Shown: positions 49,447 to 53,897 of the stretch, piece by piece
Layout: each line of letters begins with the position of its first letter
How positions within the stretch are numbered: position 1 is the stretch's first letter
Assembly: GCF_001194135.2 (NCBI RefSeq)
Contig: NC_068983.1
Location: 114,222,959-114,276,855, forward strand
Origin: Octopus bimaculoides
Lineage: Eukaryota
Reading direction: 5' to 3'
Length of the DNA stretch: 53,897 bases
Notes under the pieces: model-generated
The model's database searches: none
Told to the model about the DNA's origin: nothing
The model's input: the letters and a program-made list of their open reading frames with translations, nothing else
Translations under genes and position numbers: made by a program

Positions 49447-49870
49447 NNNNNNNNNNNNNNNNNNNNNNNNNNNNNNNNNNNNNNNNNNNNNNNNNNNNNN
49501 NNNNNNNNNNNNNNNNNNNNNNNNNNNNNNNNNNNNNNNNNNNNNNCAACTACAAACACAACCCATCCCAGATACACAACTACAAACACAACCCATTCCC
49601 AGATACACAACCACAATAACAACAGCAGCAACAACGGCAAATACAAAGTAAAAACAGTACCATTACAAACTACATGGCAATCAACTAAAAAAAAAACAAC
49701 GCAGATCTCATGAATTACATAAAACACATCAATATAATACCAACAGATTGTGTTACACACACAATCTCTTTATCTACACACATACAAATCATTCCACTGG
49801 TGGAAGCATCTACAATCGTCCCCTCCAAACAAAACCAAGTTTTCTTTTTCATTCCTTCTTTACCAACAGC

Positions 49871-50370
49871 ATGGTCGTGCTCAGAATAGGTAGCGTGAAT
49901 GCACGTGCCTGCGGTCGCCTTGGAAGCAGGGTCACCTGCTCAACAACCTCAGGGCACTGAATGTCGATGTGGTGGACAATAGTGAAACCAGAATTTCCGT
50001 GTCACGAGAAACTTTCGGTGACTATGAAGTATACGCATCGCCAAGTCGTCCGAGAGCAGGAGGCAGACTCACTGTATTGTTTCGGAAAAATCTGAATCTC
50101 GCGATAAGGACCATCTTCAGGCATCTGGAGACTTTTCTGGGAACGTCCCGCTCTTTAATGTCAGTGGGAGATTGGAACAGAGTCTTAAATGCACGGTGGG
50201 GCTGTGTAGGCTTAGCAGACAGGGGAGGAAGGTGCAAAAGCCATGCAAACCTGCTCAGACGATTCTAGCTGTCTGACAGGTATCGACTGGATTTCCCTGA
50301 TGTGCCATTGTAGACCTAGTCGAACCGCATTGGGTCATCGAGATCGTATCTAGATAGGGCATTCTTTAGA
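49871..50370 (+). pseudogene. Tx1/L1 ORF2 N-terminal APE endonuclease remnant
   Basis: MVVLRIGSVNARA / LLNNLRALNVDVV..SETR / VGDWN / SYLDR motifs, with frameshifts. Confidence 0.75.
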
Positions 50371-50429
50371 GAAGCAAATAAGAATAGAACAGGTTATTTT
50401 TTTTATATCTCATATTGATTTTTTTCCTC

Positions 50430-52385
50430 ATTTGGGACTGTAAAGTCAATTATCAAACACTTTCTATTCTCCACCTTCCTTTCTAGGGAAGTATAATGTT
50501 GCTACTCCTGCCCTTGGTTGGAGTCCTCCATTCATATTGAATTCCTTCCTAGTTCTGCTAATTCAGTTTTTGTCCAATCTATAGAAGCTGCTGAGTATCT
50601 AAGTAATGAAACTACCCAAATATTTAAAGCCTTCACTAGATTCGGACCATTTAGCTTTGACTTCATTACTTTCCTTACCCTTCTGATGAACTCCTCAATT
50701 TTCGTTTTCATTTCTATAGTTAGTACCCTGTCAGATTCTAATACTCCTAGATATTAATATATCTCTCTCCTTTCTTTCAGTGATTTCAATGTCTGGCCAT
50801 CTGGTAATTGGATGGCATCACTGTTGACTGCCTGTCCACTTCTCATGACTAATATTGCACACTTATCTATGCCAAATTTCATGCCTATATTTTTGCTGAA
50901 GTGTCTTACAGTCTATATTAAGGAATCTATCTCTTTTGCATCCTTACTAAAAAGCTTCAGATCATCCATGTAGAGCAAATGGTTAATTTTTCCCTTACTA
51001 TTTCTGAACTGATATCCTGCCTTTGCCTTCCTTATTACTAAACTGAGTGGGGTCAGACAAGACGAATATTAAAGAAGATAACGAGTCCCCTTGGAAAATT
51101 CCTCTTTATATTAACTTTTCCTAAGACCATGTCATCTGAGTAGACATCTACTTTCCATTTCTTCATGCTAAAGCTAATTAATTCTCTTATTTTGTCTACT
51201 ATACTGAATATACTCAAGCATTCACTTATCCATGAGTGTGGGACCATGTTGTAGGCTTTCTTATAATCTATACATGCTATTGTTAAATTTTTCTCTCTAG
51301 CTTTTACTTCATTTAGAACTGCTTTGTCTATGTGGAAGCTGTTAACAGGAATGCTTTCAGAAGGCATTTACGAGCACCTTGACAACCAGAATTTACTGCC
51401 AGAAGAACAGAAAGAAGGCTAGAGGAACGCATGATCTGTTATACATAATCAATTATAGACCAAGCAAGTGATTGGTATATAATTGCTAGCTGTATTACCC
51501 TTGGTTTATCTTTCATAAGAAATATTGTTTTCCCTCTAGTCATCCTGTCTGGTATCATTCCTCCATTAAGTTGTTCCCCCAGCCTCCCATGTAAACTACT
51601 AAATTTCTTTAACCAGTACCCTTGAACTAAATTTGGTCCTGGGCCCTTCCAATTCGACATTTTCTCTAACACTTTACTCATTAATGCACTAGTTAATCTT
51701 AGATCTGGCTACTTCTCACTCACTACTTCTTCCCTCACTTTCTTTAACCATACTGCATCTCCATTATGATTGACTGGCTTATTCCAAATATTACTCTAGA
51801 ACTTTCTAGCTTCTGCATCAGGTTTCTCATCTTCAGCAATTCGTTCTCCACTGTTTATTTGGTTATAAAATCTTCTCTGGTCTGTCTCAAATAATCTATT
51901 CTGTTGATACTGATCTATTCTTTTCTGATATCTGGAAAGCTTACTTGCTATTGCTATAATACGCTGTTTCATATCTTCTATTACTGTCCCAAATCCTTTC
52001 TCTTTAACTAAATATCTTTTCACGAGTGAAAATTTGCATCTTGTGTTTCCTACCTTGTTCAGTTTCCAGACTTCCATTCCACTCAGATCTTGTCTTTAAG
52101 TCTTCACTTTATTTTGTAATCCCCTTTTCCACATTTGCTCTTTCTTAATCTTTCTTCGTGGAATATCTAATCTTCTCGTAACTATTACCCCTCCTGGATA
52201 AACCAATAAGTTAGTGTCTCCTATATTTTTAGTATATATCTTACTGATAACAAAATCTTCTTTCCTCCCTAGTCATTTCTAGCAGCTTCCTTCTGTTGGT
52301 ACGTTTTAATGCTGGCGATCTTTTTCTTACTTCTTTACTCATTACTTCCTGCAACTTTATCTAAAATTTTCTGATCTTCCTTATG
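50430..52385 (-). pseudogene. R4/Dong-like reverse transcriptase relic
   Basis: NWKGPGP..VQGYWLKKF, LPEEQK, IDYKKAYNMVPHSWI, degenerate RG.FQGDS, INHLLYMDDLKLF, GMKFGIDKCA and YFPRKEGG; many stops. Confidence 0.88.
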
Positions 52386-52389
52386 CCTA

Positions 52390-52520
52390 CTTAATTTGCC
52401 GTGATATTATCCTGAGGTTTTGGTGACAACAAGTTTCTACAAATCTCAAGAATCTTTCTCAGCATTCTTGAAGAACGCAGAATGGCACTTTTCTGCAAGT
52501 TAACGTGTGCGTGTCTAGAC
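52390..52520 (-). mobile_element. C-terminal tip of another RLE element
   Basis: VNLQKSAILRSSRMLRKIL resembles the LQKxAxLGTARILRK motif. Confidence 0.5.
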
Positions 52521-52656
52521 AAAAAAAAAAAAGAAGAAAAAAATGCCACAAGGACGACTGATGAGTAGGGCATTACAAGAATAAATCACAAAAGGGCAGT
52601 AGAAGTTTAGATGATGATGATGGTGATGATAATGATGATGATGATGATGATGATAA

Positions 52657-52687
<31 letters not shown>

Positions 52688-52929
52688 AGTGGTGGTGGTG
52701 ATGAAGATATAATTTGGAAGTGTTCTTTACTTCCTGCGCTTTGAATAGGTTCGGAATGAGGAAACTTTAAAGACTAGACATTAAATGAACGAACTAAAGA
52801 ATGAAAGAATGAAAGAATGAAAGAATGAATAAAACGAAGGAAATAACGAATGAACGAATGAATGAGTATTTATAATGATCGGCTCGGCTCGAAACCAGCC
52901 AGAGAAGATCCAAAGGCTCCAGGGGGAAA

Positions 52930-53030
52930 GAGGGAGAGAAAAAGAAGAGGGAGAGAAAAAGAAGAGGGAGAGAAAAAGAAGAGGGAGAGAAAAAGAAGAG
53001 GGAGAGAAAAAGAAGAGGGAGAGAGAGAGA
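52930..53030. repeat. 17-bp purine tandem repeat
   Basis: GGGAGAGAAAAAGAAGA, about 5 copies. Confidence 0.9.
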
Positions 53031-53139
53031 GAGACAAGGGGAGTAAGAGAATGAGATAGGGGTAGAGAAGAGGAAGGGGTAAGCTTGCATGTTCAATGAC
53101 TAATTCATTTCGTTAAATTAGCATGAGTGTTCAACCGGC

Positions 53140-53897
53140 GTCAAAGGCGACATGTGATGATGGTGGCGCTGGTACAGGAGGTGGAGGTGGCGCTGGTGGC
53201 AGCGGAACTGTTGGTGGTACTGGTGGCGGTGCTGGTGGCGGTGCTGGTGGCGGTACTGGTAGCGGTGCTGGTGGTGCTGGTGATTGTGATGGTAGCAGTG
53301 TTTGGTGATAGCGGTGATTGTGTGATGGTTATGTGGTGATTGTAGTAGAAGCAGCGGTGGTAGTAATTGTAGTGGTGGCGGTGGTGGTGGTGGTAATGGT
53401 GGTGATTGTGGTGGTGGTGGTGGTGGTGGTATTAATGGTAGTGATGGTGATGGTGATGATGAGGTCACAGAGACAAAAGATTATATCAACATTGATAGAA
53501 AAGGAGGTGTAATGGAAGAGGTGGCGATGGTGACGATGACGACGACGACGACGACGATGATGATGATAAATAATGATGAAGATGATGGTAGTGGTGGTGG
53601 TGGTGTTGAGCAGGAGGAGGAAGAGGAAGAGAAAGAAGAGGGTAGTGATGTTGACGGCGGCGGCAACGACGACGACGAGGAGGAGGAGGTGGAGCAGCAG
53701 CAGCAGCAGCAGGATGAGAGGCGGAGGATGAGGATGAGGATGAGGATGAGGAGGATGAGGAGGAAGAGGATGAGGAGGATGAGGAGGAAGATGAGGATGA
53801 GGATGAGGAGGATGAGGATGAGGAGGATGAGGAGGAAGATGAGGATGAGGAGGATGAGGAGGAAGATGAGGATGAGGATGAGGAGGATGAGGAGGAA
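53140..53897. repeat. Compound GGT/GAT/GAC/GAG trinucleotide low-complexity tract
   Basis: Direct reading; it runs off the window end. Confidence 0.9.

Noticed and set aside
53118-53897. Gly-rich, Pro/His-rich and Asp/Glu-rich apparent ORFs
   Set aside because: These are compound trinucleotide repeats that shift unit, with stops in all plausible frames and no convincing splice sites.

Overview
This is AT-rich eukaryotic DNA from a gapped draft assembly, with 15 N-runs, mostly beside microsatellites. The SINE families and the (ACAT)n/(AAT)n/(CA)n profile resemble Octopus; this is from recall, not a search. There is no confidently identifiable intact protein-coding gene, and no rRNA or CRISPR array. 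The window holds one intact-looking tRNA-Gly(TCC) and a ~5.7 kb degenerate telomere-type (TTAGGG)n/(CCCTAA)n array in head-to-head geometry. It also holds three mariner relics, a hAT MITE, two long foldback elements, and many tRNA-derived SINEs, labelled A-D here for convenience. Decayed non-LTR retrotransposons of three types are present: R4/Dong-like RLE, Tx1/L1-like APE and RTE. The most coherent pattern is that retroelements pile up in simple repeats with strand-specific polarity. R4/Dong copies sit in (AAT)n, while Tx1 and SINE-A run into the complementary (ATT)n. SINE-A and a Tx1 3' end share a covarying terminal stem-loop. Two low-confidence spliced-exon candidates were also found. Element boundaries are read by eye and are approximate (+/- 10-30 bp) unless a TSD or TIR is cited.
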